Shown one piece after another: positions 9,216 to 17,076 of a stretch of 64,000 nucleotides of DNA. The DNA comes from an uncultured Christensenellaceae bacterium (GTDB lineage Bacteria > Bacillota > Clostridia > Christensenellales > UBA3700). The notes beneath the pieces were generated by a model, which was not told the DNA's origin, searched no databases, and saw only the letters and a list, made by a program, of their open reading frames with translations. Location: the NCBI GenBank assembly GCA_944380355.1, contig CALWHJ010000002.1, positions 128,368-192,367 of the forward strand, written 5' to 3'. The translations under genes were made by a program, and so were the position numbers. The first letter of the stretch is position 1, and each line of letters opens with the position of its first letter.

Positions 9216-10607
9216 ATGAATACGTGTATACAGATTACGGTCAACGGCGACAAAATCGTCGTCAACAGAGGAGCTGTACTCTCCGATATACTCAAATCGC
9301 GGGGGTACCGTTTTGCAATGCCTTGCGGCGGCAGAGGAATATGTCGCAAATGCAAAGTGAGTGCAGACGGAAAAGAGGTATTAGCGTGCAAATATATCGT
9401 TACTCAGCCTGTCGATATCGTATTGCCTGAATTTTCAGACGGTAAGTACGAGGAATTGACAGAGAAAGCAGAGGGGGTATGCCGTATATCGACGGATATA
9501 GGCACCACGACGGTAGAAACGGCTGTAACGGACAGCGAGGGGAATATACTCGCGAGAGTAAGGTTTGCAAATCCTCAAAGCGTTTACGGAGCGGACGTAG
9601 TCAACAGAATAGAGTATTGTTCGAAAAACGGTGCAAGAGCATTGCAAAAGATACTCATAGACGAGATAAAATCGCGATTAAAAAACCTTTTGGGAAAAAG
9701 CGCAAAAGTTGAAAGAATGGACTTTGCGGGCAATACCGTGATGACGCTTTTGCTTATGGGAAAGGACTGTTCTTCTATGGGGCAGTATCCTTATACGCCA
9801 TTGTTTCTCGACTCTCAGACAACAAGCGCGAAAGAGTTGGGTTTTGAGTTTGATTGCGAGGTACGTACTTTGCCTTGTATATCGGCTTTTGCCGGTGGCG
9901 ATACAGTAGCAGGACTGTTGACTTTGCCTGAGCCCTCACGAGGGAAGTATTCGCTTTTTATGGATTTGGGAACGAATGCCGAGATCGTACTCTTTGGCGA
10001 GAATGGATATACTGCAGTTTCTGCCCCTGCGGGACCCTGTATGGAAGGTGCGAATATATCGTGCGGAATGAGTGCCGTTGAGGGAGCGATTACGCATTTT
10101 AAACATCCCGATAAGGTGGAATTTTTAGGAGAAAAGCCCTCGGGATTGTGCGGTAGCGGACTTATCGACGTTGTGGGACAGCTGTACAAATCCGGGATAA
10201 TAGACGACAGCGGCGATATGCGCGAAGACTTCAGACTGGCTGAAGGTGTTATTTTAAAACGCGAAGACGTAAGGCAATATCAGCTTGCAAAATCGGCCAT
10301 AAGAGCCGCGACGGAGGAACTTCTCGAGTACAAGAGAGTGAACAAACGCGATATAGAAAGAGTTTATCTTGCAGGCGGTTTTTCCTCGCATACCGACGTC
10401 GATAATGCCGTGGCAACAGGATTGATAGCTAAAGAATTTGACAGGATTTGCGTAGCAGTTGGCAACTGTTCTCTCAAAGGTTGCATACTCTATAACCGCA
10501 ATCAGAAAAAAGCAGACGCGATTGCCGCCGACGCAGAATATCTTGACCTCAACTCACGCGAAAGTTTTTCGGAAAAGTTTATTAAGTTTATGAATTTCGG
10601 TGTATGA
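9216..10607 (+). CDS. 2Fe-2S ferredoxin-domain plus ASKHA-fold ATPase protein (DUF4445 / corrinoid-activation RACo-like family)
   Basis: The N-terminal motif PCGGRGICRKCKV...LAC resembles a plant-type ferredoxin cluster motif. ASKHA-like phosphate motifs follow (ISTDIGTTTVE, MDLGTNAEIV, GLCGSGLID). At 463 aa it is shorter than the typical family member. Confidence 0.55.
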   Translation: MNTCIQITVNGDKIVVNRGAVLSDILKSRGYRFAMPCGGRGICRKCKVSADGKEVLACKYIVTQPVDIVLPEFSDGKYEELTEKAEGVCRISTDIGTTTVETAVTDSEGNILARVRFANPQSVYGADVVNRIEYCSKNGARALQKILIDEIKSRLKNLLGKSAKVERMDFAGNTVMTLLLMGKDCSSMGQYPYTPLFLDSQTTSAKELGFEFDCEVRTLPCISAFAGGDTVAGLLTLPEPSRGKYSLFMDLGTNAEIVLFGENGYTAVSAPAGPCMEGANISCGMSAVEGAITHFKHPDKVEFLGEKPSGLCGSGLIDVVGQLYKSGIIDDSGDMREDFRLAEGVILKREDVRQYQLAKSAIRAATEELLEYKRVNKRDIERVYLAGGFSSHTDVDNAVATGLIAKEFDRICVAVGNCSLKGCILYNRNQKKADAIAADAEYLDLNSRESFSEKFIKFMNFGV

Positions 10608-10867
10608 AATGCAAGACTTTAGAGATATGATTGATTGATAATTTGAATACCAAACAAGGATATTTCGACCGTTTACTTTTGAGAGGCTTATGAGACAATG
10701 CCAAACGAAAAGGCAAATACGGAGGTAGAGAAAACACAATATCTTAATAGACATTGCAATACAAATGAAAATAGCGAGAAGGCAAAAAGCGAAAGATTGC
10801 CAAAGCGGATCAGCGGGCAACTTCGCTTGCCTTTCGCTTTCATTTTAGCAAGTCAAAGGGTTATTCA

Positions 10868-10925
10868 GACGTGTGCTTGTCTGGCGGAGCGAAGCGACGC
10901 CACTTGTCTATGACAAGCACACGTC
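10868..10925. repeat. Perfect 14-bp inverted repeat (gacgtgtgcttgtc / gacaagcacacgtc) enclosing a nested tggcg/cgcca hairpin
   Basis: The arms lie at 10868-10881 and 10912-10925. The repeat sits exactly where the base composition switches to AT-rich. Confidence 0.8.
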
Positions 10926-11168
10926 ACGGTGCCAAGATTGATTAATTATACATTTTCAATTGTGAAATTTACTCATTTTTGTTATATTATAAGTAACGAA
11001 AGAGTTAAAACTTTTTCATTTATAACATTCAAGTGGGGATAAGTTTGTTGAAAATTATTTAAAAGAAAGTCTACCATCAATTCATTAAATAACCTATCGC
11101 ATATAAAGCAAAAATAGTTCGTTGAGAGCTATGAATTAGAACAAAATAGAAGGAGAAATACGTATAAT

Positions 11169-14100
11169 ATGAGTGAAGTTAAAATTATAGAAAAGGAAAT
11201 TTCTATAATCCGTGATAAATATTTAAGATCTGCTATTGACATTCTTTCTGACTACAATAATGAAAACAAAACAAAGTTAGACTATAAAGGACGTCAAATT
11301 TATGAGTTACTTCAAAATGCTGACGATTGTTATTCTGATGATTGTGCCGATATAAAGGTTAAAATAGAACTTCGTGAAAACTTTTTAATAATCCAAAATA
11401 CAGGCAAGCCTTTTAATTCTCGCGGCATTATTTCTTTGATGCACCCTGACGCAAGTTCAAAGCATCAAGGAACAATTGGATGCAAAGGACTGGGATTTAG
11501 GTCTATTTTGAACTGGGCAAACAAAATTTCAATTTGTACAAAATCTTTTATTGCTAATTTTTCTGAAGAGAGAGCAACCTCTCAACTTCAGTTTTATAAG
11601 GAACATTGTGATCAAGATCATGTTCATGAATTGGACAGTATTGACAGAATTGCCATTTTAAGTTCAGCAGAGGTAAATAATGATTCTGCTGAAATAGAAA
11701 AATGGCTTGATGATGGCTTTTCAACATCTATCGTTTTGCATTGCAATTCTGAATATGTTGATACAATACAAAAACAGCTAATTGAGTTGCAGTTTGAGGA
11801 ATTACTTTTTTTAAAACATATCAGAAATATTCATATTATATCACCAAAAGCAAAAAGAAACATTGAAGCAGTGTCTGATGGCGAACGATTCTTAATCCAG
11901 GATGGAGATAATTTTACCGATTGGACTGTTTGGCAAAGAACCGGTAGTATTCAACAAAAAGATGGAACAGAAAAAGCATTTGAGCTGATAATTGCATATA
12001 ATAACGATAAATTGGTAAGAGATAAAATACGTGAAGAAGGTGTTTTATATTCATACTTTAAGACAGAAATTCCAATGCCGTTTCCTTTTTTGATACACGG
12101 TACTTTTGAACTTACAAGTGAACGCAATGGTTTGATTAAAGAGAGTGTTAACAATGAAAAGCTTCTTGAACTTTTGGTTGATTTTATAAGTGACAAGGGA
12201 TCTGAAATTGCAGCGAACAGTCAGCAGTATGATTATACTGCACTTGAATTTCTATTACCTTCACAGCAATTATATTTTCTAGATAAACAATATGATTTCA
12301 CCTCAAAACTCAAGAAGAAAATCAAAGGATGCAAGTTGTTCCCAACTATTGATGATAGATACATAAGTTTAGATGAGCTGCCTCGCTATTCTAATAAAGA
12401 CTTTGCTCGCTATGTATCGAAAAAAACTTTTAACTCTTTATTAAAGCCTTGTAAAAACGACACGATTCTTTCATATTTTAAAGAATTAGGCATAAGTTTT
12501 TATTCTTCAGAAGAATTAGTTGCATTACTAAATGTGGATGCGGATGAATATGTTAATTCAGGTGTTCATGATAAACTTATAATTCTTTATCATGAGACGT
12601 ATTCATATGTGAACATTGCGCCAAAGTTACTGGTTGACAGCAATGGAAAACGAATAGCAGATGAAAATTTAACCATTTTCAATAATGATGAAAATAGATT
12701 TACTCTGCCTGAATGGAGCGAAATGCGGTTTATTGATTTGAATTTAGAGAAAAAACTACTCAAATCATTTAACTGTGACTCCAGACGTTTAATGGAAATT
12801 CTCAAAGTATACGGAGGTGCAGAATATTCGTTTGACAATGTTGTTCGTCAACTTGTATCTCAATGTAGAGAAGATAAGCAAAAAACTAAAGATTTGTTAA
12901 AGTGGCTGTTTGACAATTGGTGCAATAATAATTATTCCTTTAAAAGCGGATTGAAAAATATTAATATTAGGTTGATATCTCGTGATGGAAACATAGAACA
13001 AAGTTCAAAATGCTATTTTGGAAAAGAATATGGAAACGATATAGGTGAAAGGATAATTTCTTGTTTAGATACTCCGGTTTTTGTTTCCGGAATAGATGAA
13101 CTTGGACTGACCGGCGCAGATATGCACTTAGTAAAAGCCTTTTTATCTCAACTTGATGTCAAAGAATATCCACCGATTGCAAAGAAATCTTTAACCGGTC
13201 AAGATTACAGAAAATATATAGAATATAATTCAGAAAAGTATCCTGAGTTATCCGTAAGAAATGAAACCTATAGATACGATTACTTTTTCTATCAAATTTC
13301 TAGAGAAGTTCAAGTCGCTGATATCATCGGCTTTGAAAACATACTAAAATACGCTGATTATCGTGATATTATTTATTGGATGATCAATGACAATAATTTA
13401 AATATACATATCAAAAATATAAATGAAATTGATGATTTTTCTCATATGTGGGGCTTTCCATATAAGAAAAAGGACACTCGGTGGGTTTATAAAGATCAAA
13501 TGCTTTCGTGGCTTCGTTTGAAGATCGTCGAAACAGCTTGGCTTCCTGTAAAAAGTGGTAAAAAAGTCAACTCAAACCGCTGTACAATAACTCCTCATTC
13601 TCTTTCCCCCATCGTAGAAGTTTTGAATATTGATTATAATTCAATTTCAAAGATGTTCGGCAGACCTATAAAAAAAGAAATAGATGCACTTCTTGAAGCA
13701 TTGGGAGTTGCAGATGATATTGTTGACTTGCCAAATGAAACAATATACGAAATCTTATTAACTTTGCCGGATTTTGATAAGGACTGTACTTTAGGTAAGA
13801 CTATATATACGAAGTTAAATTTACATTTTGATAAAGAATCTACCGCTCGTTTGATTAAAAATAATCTTACATATCAGAAATTTCTCAGAGAAGGAAAAGT
13901 ACTTGCGGAATTGGACGGTAAATATAAATATATTCCAATAAATGAAGTATATTATGTCGGTAAAAAAATATATAGTGATGATATCTTAAAAAACTATCCT
14001 GTTCTCGCATTGAACAGACGTGCAGGTGATGATAAAATCAAATCGCTTTTCGGAGTACAATCTATTAAAGCAATCGGCAGTATAAAAGTTACTCCTATAT

Positions 14101-15683
14101 TTCATCACCTAAATGACGAATTTCAGCTTGAATATCATAAATTGTTGCCATATATTTATGCAAGGCGACTTGATGTTGATACAAAAAATAAAGAACTCAA
14201 TTTATTAAAAAGCAGCAAAATTTTTTTGGTAAACGATGCTTACACCGAGCATTATGTAAACGGAGAGTTAAAAAAAGGTAAATTGCGCGATTACGAATTG
14301 ATTTATACTGATAAAACTGCTTATATTATGGTTCCGCAATTTATTAATACATTAACAGAATTAAAGAGGCAGCTAAAATTCAAAAATGCTGCCGCTGAAG
14401 TAATAACAACAATTCTTGATGTAGATAGAGACAAAGATGCATATTTACTTATTTTTGGGTCTACAATAAGTGAAATCGAGATGTATTTTCAGACAAATGA
14501 TGAGACTTCTTTAGTTAATATTGCTAAAGAAAAATTCAGCAATACCATTGATTTGCGTCATGAATTTTGGCTTGCAATTGCAAACGCTTTGTCTGAAAGT
14601 GTTGATCTAATAGAAAATCAATATGCCCATTTGTTGCCTCAAGAGTTTGATTATCATAAAATCAATGACTCTTCAAATGGTAAATATATTATTGATCTGT
14701 TTATTGCATTGAATATAGATGTTGACGCTTACAATGAGAGTGCTTTTGAACAATTGACTTTGCAAAATTATTATAAAGAAAAATGGATTGAATTGAAAAA
14801 CTCCTACAGAAGCAAGTATTTATGTTACAAAGCAGAACAACTGTTAAATGAGGGGAAGAAAAAATCAGAATTTGATATGATCAGAAAAAATTATGATTTT
14901 TATGAACCTATTATTGAAAATAGCATAAAAGTCAATATTGTTTCAATTTTTGAAAAATATGTTGATGTTCAATTGGAACTTTTGGATATTGCAGATGAGA
15001 ACTATGATGCAATTTATTCAAAATTACAGAGTGATAGCACTATAGTATCGACTTCCCTTAACGAAAATAGTAGTCCAGCCAAAAATGAACCTTCTGACAA
15101 TATTGATTATGTAGCATTGAACAATGAAATTGCTGCGATAACTTCAGGTGGAACGGTTATACCGAATTTATCAGCATCAGAACATCAATCCTACAAAAGA
15201 GCCCACGGTCATGGATCTGGTGGAACCGTTCCGAGAAACACAGCTATACTTAAAGAACATGATGGTTTTATCGCCGAAAGCAAAGTGTACAACACTTTAT
15301 TGAAAAAGATAGGGTCTTCGGGTTCAGTTGAATGGATTTCCGGCAATGGCGTACGCGCCGGGCAAACAAAAGAAAAAGATGGAGACGATTCTTGTGGTTA
15401 CGATATTCGATATACCGATGCCGAAGGGAAATTACATTATGTTGAAGTTAAAGGCACTTCTTCAGGAAATTTGGAATTCATACTCACAAAAAACGAATTC
15501 AACTTTGCTCAGCAACATAAAGAACAGTATGAACTATGGTTTGTATTTATAGAAGACGGTAAAGCTGGCGAGCCTTATGAACTTGGAACAATATTCGTGT
15601 TTGATGACAACGAAGACTTCTTTCATAATCACAGGTTTACTGTTGAACAAACTGATTTTAAATTAAGAGCGAAAATGAATTGA
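11169..15683 (+). CDS. 1,504-aa protein with an N-terminal sacsin/MORC-like GHKL (HATPase_c_3-type) ATPase, a ~1,000-aa uncharacterised middle region and a C-terminal DUF3883-like PD-(D/E)xK nuclease domain
   Basis: N-terminal motifs are YELLQNADD (nt 11301-11327), IQNTGKPF, GCKGLGFRSILNW and FPFLIHGTFELTSERNGL. C-terminal motifs are GYDIRY...HYVEVKG...LTKNEFNFAQQHKEQYELWFVF (D...EVK at nt ~15396-15452). It is a single uninterrupted ORF with no long antisense ORFs. Confidence 0.7.
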   Translation: MSEVKIIEKEISIIRDKYLRSAIDILSDYNNENKTKLDYKGRQIYELLQNADDCYSDDCADIKVKIELRENFLIIQNTGKPFNSRGIISLMHPDASSKHQGTIGCKGLGFRSILNWANKISICTKSFIANFSEERATSQLQFYKEHCDQDHVHELDSIDRIAILSSAEVNNDSAEIEKWLDDGFSTSIVLHCNSEYVDTIQKQLIELQFEELLFLKHIRNIHIISPKAKRNIEAVSDGERFLIQDGDNFTDWTVWQRTGSIQQKDGTEKAFELIIAYNNDKLVRDKIREEGVLYSYFKTEIPMPFPFLIHGTFELTSERNGLIKESVNNEKLLELLVDFISDKGSEIAANSQQYDYTALEFLLPSQQLYFLDKQYDFTSKLKKKIKGCKLFPTIDDRYISLDELPRYSNKDFARYVSKKTFNSLLKPCKNDTILSYFKELGISFYSSEELVALLNVDADEYVNSGVHDKLIILYHETYSYVNIAPKLLVDSNGKRIADENLTIFNNDENRFTLPEWSEMRFIDLNLEKKLLKSFNCDSRRLMEILKVYGGAEYSFDNVVRQLVSQCREDKQKTKDLLKWLFDNWCNNNYSFKSGLKNINIRLISRDGNIEQSSKCYFGKEYGNDIGERIISCLDTPVFVSGIDELGLTGADMHLVKAFLSQLDVKEYPPIAKKSLTGQDYRKYIEYNSEKYPELSVRNETYRYDYFFYQISREVQVADIIGFENILKYADYRDIIYWMINDNNLNIHIKNINEIDDFSHMWGFPYKKKDTRWVYKDQMLSWLRLKIVETAWLPVKSGKKVNSNRCTITPHSLSPIVEVLNIDYNSISKMFGRPIKKEIDALLEALGVADDIVDLPNETIYEILLTLPDFDKDCTLGKTIYTKLNLHFDKESTARLIKNNLTYQKFLREGKVLAELDGKYKYIPINEVYYVGKKIYSDDILKNYPVLALNRRAGDDKIKSLFGVQSIKAIGSIKVTPIFHHLNDEFQLEYHKLLPYIYARRLDVDTKNKELNLLKSSKIFLVNDAYTEHYVNGELKKGKLRDYELIYTDKTAYIMVPQFINTLTELKRQLKFKNAAAEVITTILDVDRDKDAYLLIFGSTISEIEMYFQTNDETSLVNIAKEKFSNTIDLRHEFWLAIANALSESVDLIENQYAHLLPQEFDYHKINDSSNGKYIIDLFIALNIDVDAYNESAFEQLTLQNYYKEKWIELKNSYRSKYLCYKAEQLLNEGKKKSEFDMIRKNYDFYEPIIENSIKVNIVSIFEKYVDVQLELLDIADENYDAIYSKLQSDSTIVSTSLNENSSPAKNEPSDNIDYVALNNEIAAITSGGTVIPNLSASEHQSYKRAHGHGSGGTVPRNTAILKEHDGFIAESKVYNTLLKKIGSSGSVEWISGNGVRAGQTKEKDGDDSCGYDIRYTDAEGKLHYVEVKGTSSGNLEFILTKNEFNFAQQHKEQYELWFVFIEDGKAGEPYELGTIFVFDDNEDFFHNHRFTVEQTDFKLRAKMN

Positions 15684-15750
15684 ATGCTTTTTAAGTATGC
15701 TATAAAAAGCATAGTAAAAAACGTAAGTTGAACTTCTGGTTCAACTTACG
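15684..15750. terminator. Two stem-loops after the island gene; the second is a 12-bp perfect stem with an A-run on its left flank, which reads as a U-tract on the minus strand
   Basis: The first hairpin is atgcttttta (15684-15693) with taaaaagcat (15703-15712). The second is cgtaagttgaac (15722-15733) with gttcaacttacg (15739-15750). The plus-strand U-tract is weak. The minus-strand version is followed by TTTTTT, so it may insulate the gene from convergent tRNA read-through. Confidence 0.5.
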
Positions 15751-15757
15751 CTTATAA

Positions 15758-16147
15758 TGGTGCCGAAGGCGGGACTTGTAAGGAGCAGAGCGACGGAATA
15801 GCGAGCAAGCGGATAGCGTCTCGTGCGAGCGTCACATTATTTCGGTAATCCTAACTTTGACAGCAAAGAGAGAGTCGAGGAAAAAGCGATAAAAAAATAG
15901 AGAGATTGACGTCTCTCTAATTTTTTTGTCTCAATACGAGACTCTCAAAAACTGGTGCCGAAGGCGGGACTTGTAAGGAGCGGAGCGACGGAATAGCGAG
16001 CAAGCGGATAGCGTCTCGTGCGAGCGTCACATTATTTCGGTAATCCTAACTTTGACAGCAAAGAGAGAGTCGAGGAAAAAGCGATAAAAAAATAGAGAGA
16101 TTGACGTCTCTCTAATTTTTTTGTCTCAATACGAGACTCTCAAAAAC
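15758..16147. repeat. Two tandem 195-bp direct repeats, each starting with the last 21 nt of tRNA-Leu and containing a copy of the tRNA terminator
   Basis: Units 15758-15952 and 15953-16147 differ at a single position (ggagcAgagcg versus ggagcGgagcg). Both start with tggtgccgaaggcgggacttg, which is identical to 16148-16168 of the intact tRNA. Confidence 0.95.
16086..16122 (-). terminator. Bidirectional Rho-independent terminator downstream of tRNA-Leu (a duplicate copy lies at 15891-15927)
   Basis: An A-run, then tagagaga (16093-16100), loop ttgacg, tctctcta (16107-16114), then a T-run. Confidence 0.7.
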
Positions 16148-16234
16148 TGGTGCCGAAGGCGGGACTTGAACCCGCACGATGTCGCCATCACCGGATTTTG
16201 AGTCCGGCGCGTCTGCCAATTCCACCACTTCGGC
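16148..16234 (-). tRNA. tRNA-Leu (anticodon CAA), type II with a long variable arm and an encoded CCA
   Basis: The minus strand reads GCCGAAG-UG-...-CCGGA CUCAAAA UCCGG-(long variable arm)-GCGGG UUCAAGU CCCGC-CUUCGGC-A-CCA. The acceptor stem has 7 bp. The anticodon loop is C-U-CAA-A-A. Confidence 0.93.
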
Positions 16235-16415
16235 GTAGGGATTGCGCTTTTGCTTTATTATATTAGCATACAATTTTACTATTTGCAATTGATTTTTTAT
16301 GTAATTAAACAAAAATAATCAAAAATTTTGAAAAAATTATAGATTTATCGCGCTCATTGTAGTACAATATTAGTATCCTTTATGAGGAATTTTGCTGGAT
16401 AGAAAAGGGGTAATT

Positions 16416-16949
16416 ATGAACGTTTGGCACGATTTGAGCAAAGACAGGATTAAGCCTGAGGACTTTATCAGTTGTATAGAGATACCCAAGGGCTGCAAAA
16501 ACAAATACGAGGTAGACAAGCAGACGGGTATGCTTATACTTGACAGAATACTGTATACGGCTACGCACTACCCGGCGAATTACGGATTTATACCGCGTAC
16601 ATATGCAGATGACGGTGACCCGCTGGACGTATTGGTTCTGTGCAGCGAAGAGATTGCGCCGCTTGCGCTTGTCAGGTGTTATCCGATAGGACAGATATCT
16701 ATGATAGACGAGGGGCGAGAAGATATAAAGATACTTGCAGTGCCTTACAGGGACCCTAACTGGAATTGTTATAAAGACGTAAGCGAATTACCTCCGCACA
16801 TTATCGAGGAGATAAAGCACTTTTTCGGCGTATACAAGCAACTCGAGGGCAAGAAGATGGAGGTGCTTGAGTTGTCTGGAAAGGATTCGGCAGTAGAGTC
16901 CATAGTCAAAGCCATAGAATTGTACGAAGAAGTATTTTTAAAGGACTGA
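16416..16949 (+). CDS. ppa: Inorganic diphosphatase (family I)
   Basis: MNVWHDL...IEIPKG..NKYEVDK...LDRILYT...YPANYGFIP.T...DGDPLDVLV is a classic family I PPase pattern. I chose the start at 16416 because it follows the RBS aaaagggg. Confidence 0.9.
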   Translation: MNVWHDLSKDRIKPEDFISCIEIPKGCKNKYEVDKQTGMLILDRILYTATHYPANYGFIPRTYADDGDPLDVLVLCSEEIAPLALVRCYPIGQISMIDEGREDIKILAVPYRDPNWNCYKDVSELPPHIIEEIKHFFGVYKQLEGKKMEVLELSGKDSAVESIVKAIELYEEVFLKD

Positions 16950-17076
16950 TAAACTGATTAAAGTAAATAAAAGGGGAGAGATACGGTTATAGCCGTATAT
17001 GTTAGCGGGCAGAGTTTTGCGTGAGGGGTACGCCGGACTGTTGTTGAGGAGCATTTTACACGAATACTAAAGAAGA

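Larger units (their letters stand above)
10926..15757. mobile_element. AT-rich, integrase-less genomic island (remnant) beside tRNA-Leu, carrying one gene
   Basis: There is an abrupt composition change. Hand-counted 60-nt lines inside the island give ~15-25% GC, against ~48% at 9241-9300. TTA/ATA/AAA-rich codon usage contrasts with the core genes. The right edge abuts copies of the tRNA 3' end, and a weak copy (ggtgcc-aag, 10928-10936) lies at the left edge. Confidence 0.55.

Noticed and set aside
10698-10913. A 71-aa plus-strand ORF in the gap before the island (also the ORF at 10554-10820 on the minus strand).
   Set aside because: It runs through the palindromic non-coding structures, has no RBS and has an implausible composition.
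10926-15757. An integrase, transposase or terminal inverted repeats that would define an active mobile element.
   Set aside because: The island contains a single ORF with no recombinase motifs. The only boundary evidence is the tRNA 3'-end copies on the right and a weak 9-nt match on the left, so I call it a remnant island and not an active element.
16112-16312. A 66-aa minus-strand ORF.
   Set aside because: It overlaps the tRNA-Leu gene completely, and its central residues are simply the tRNA read as codons.
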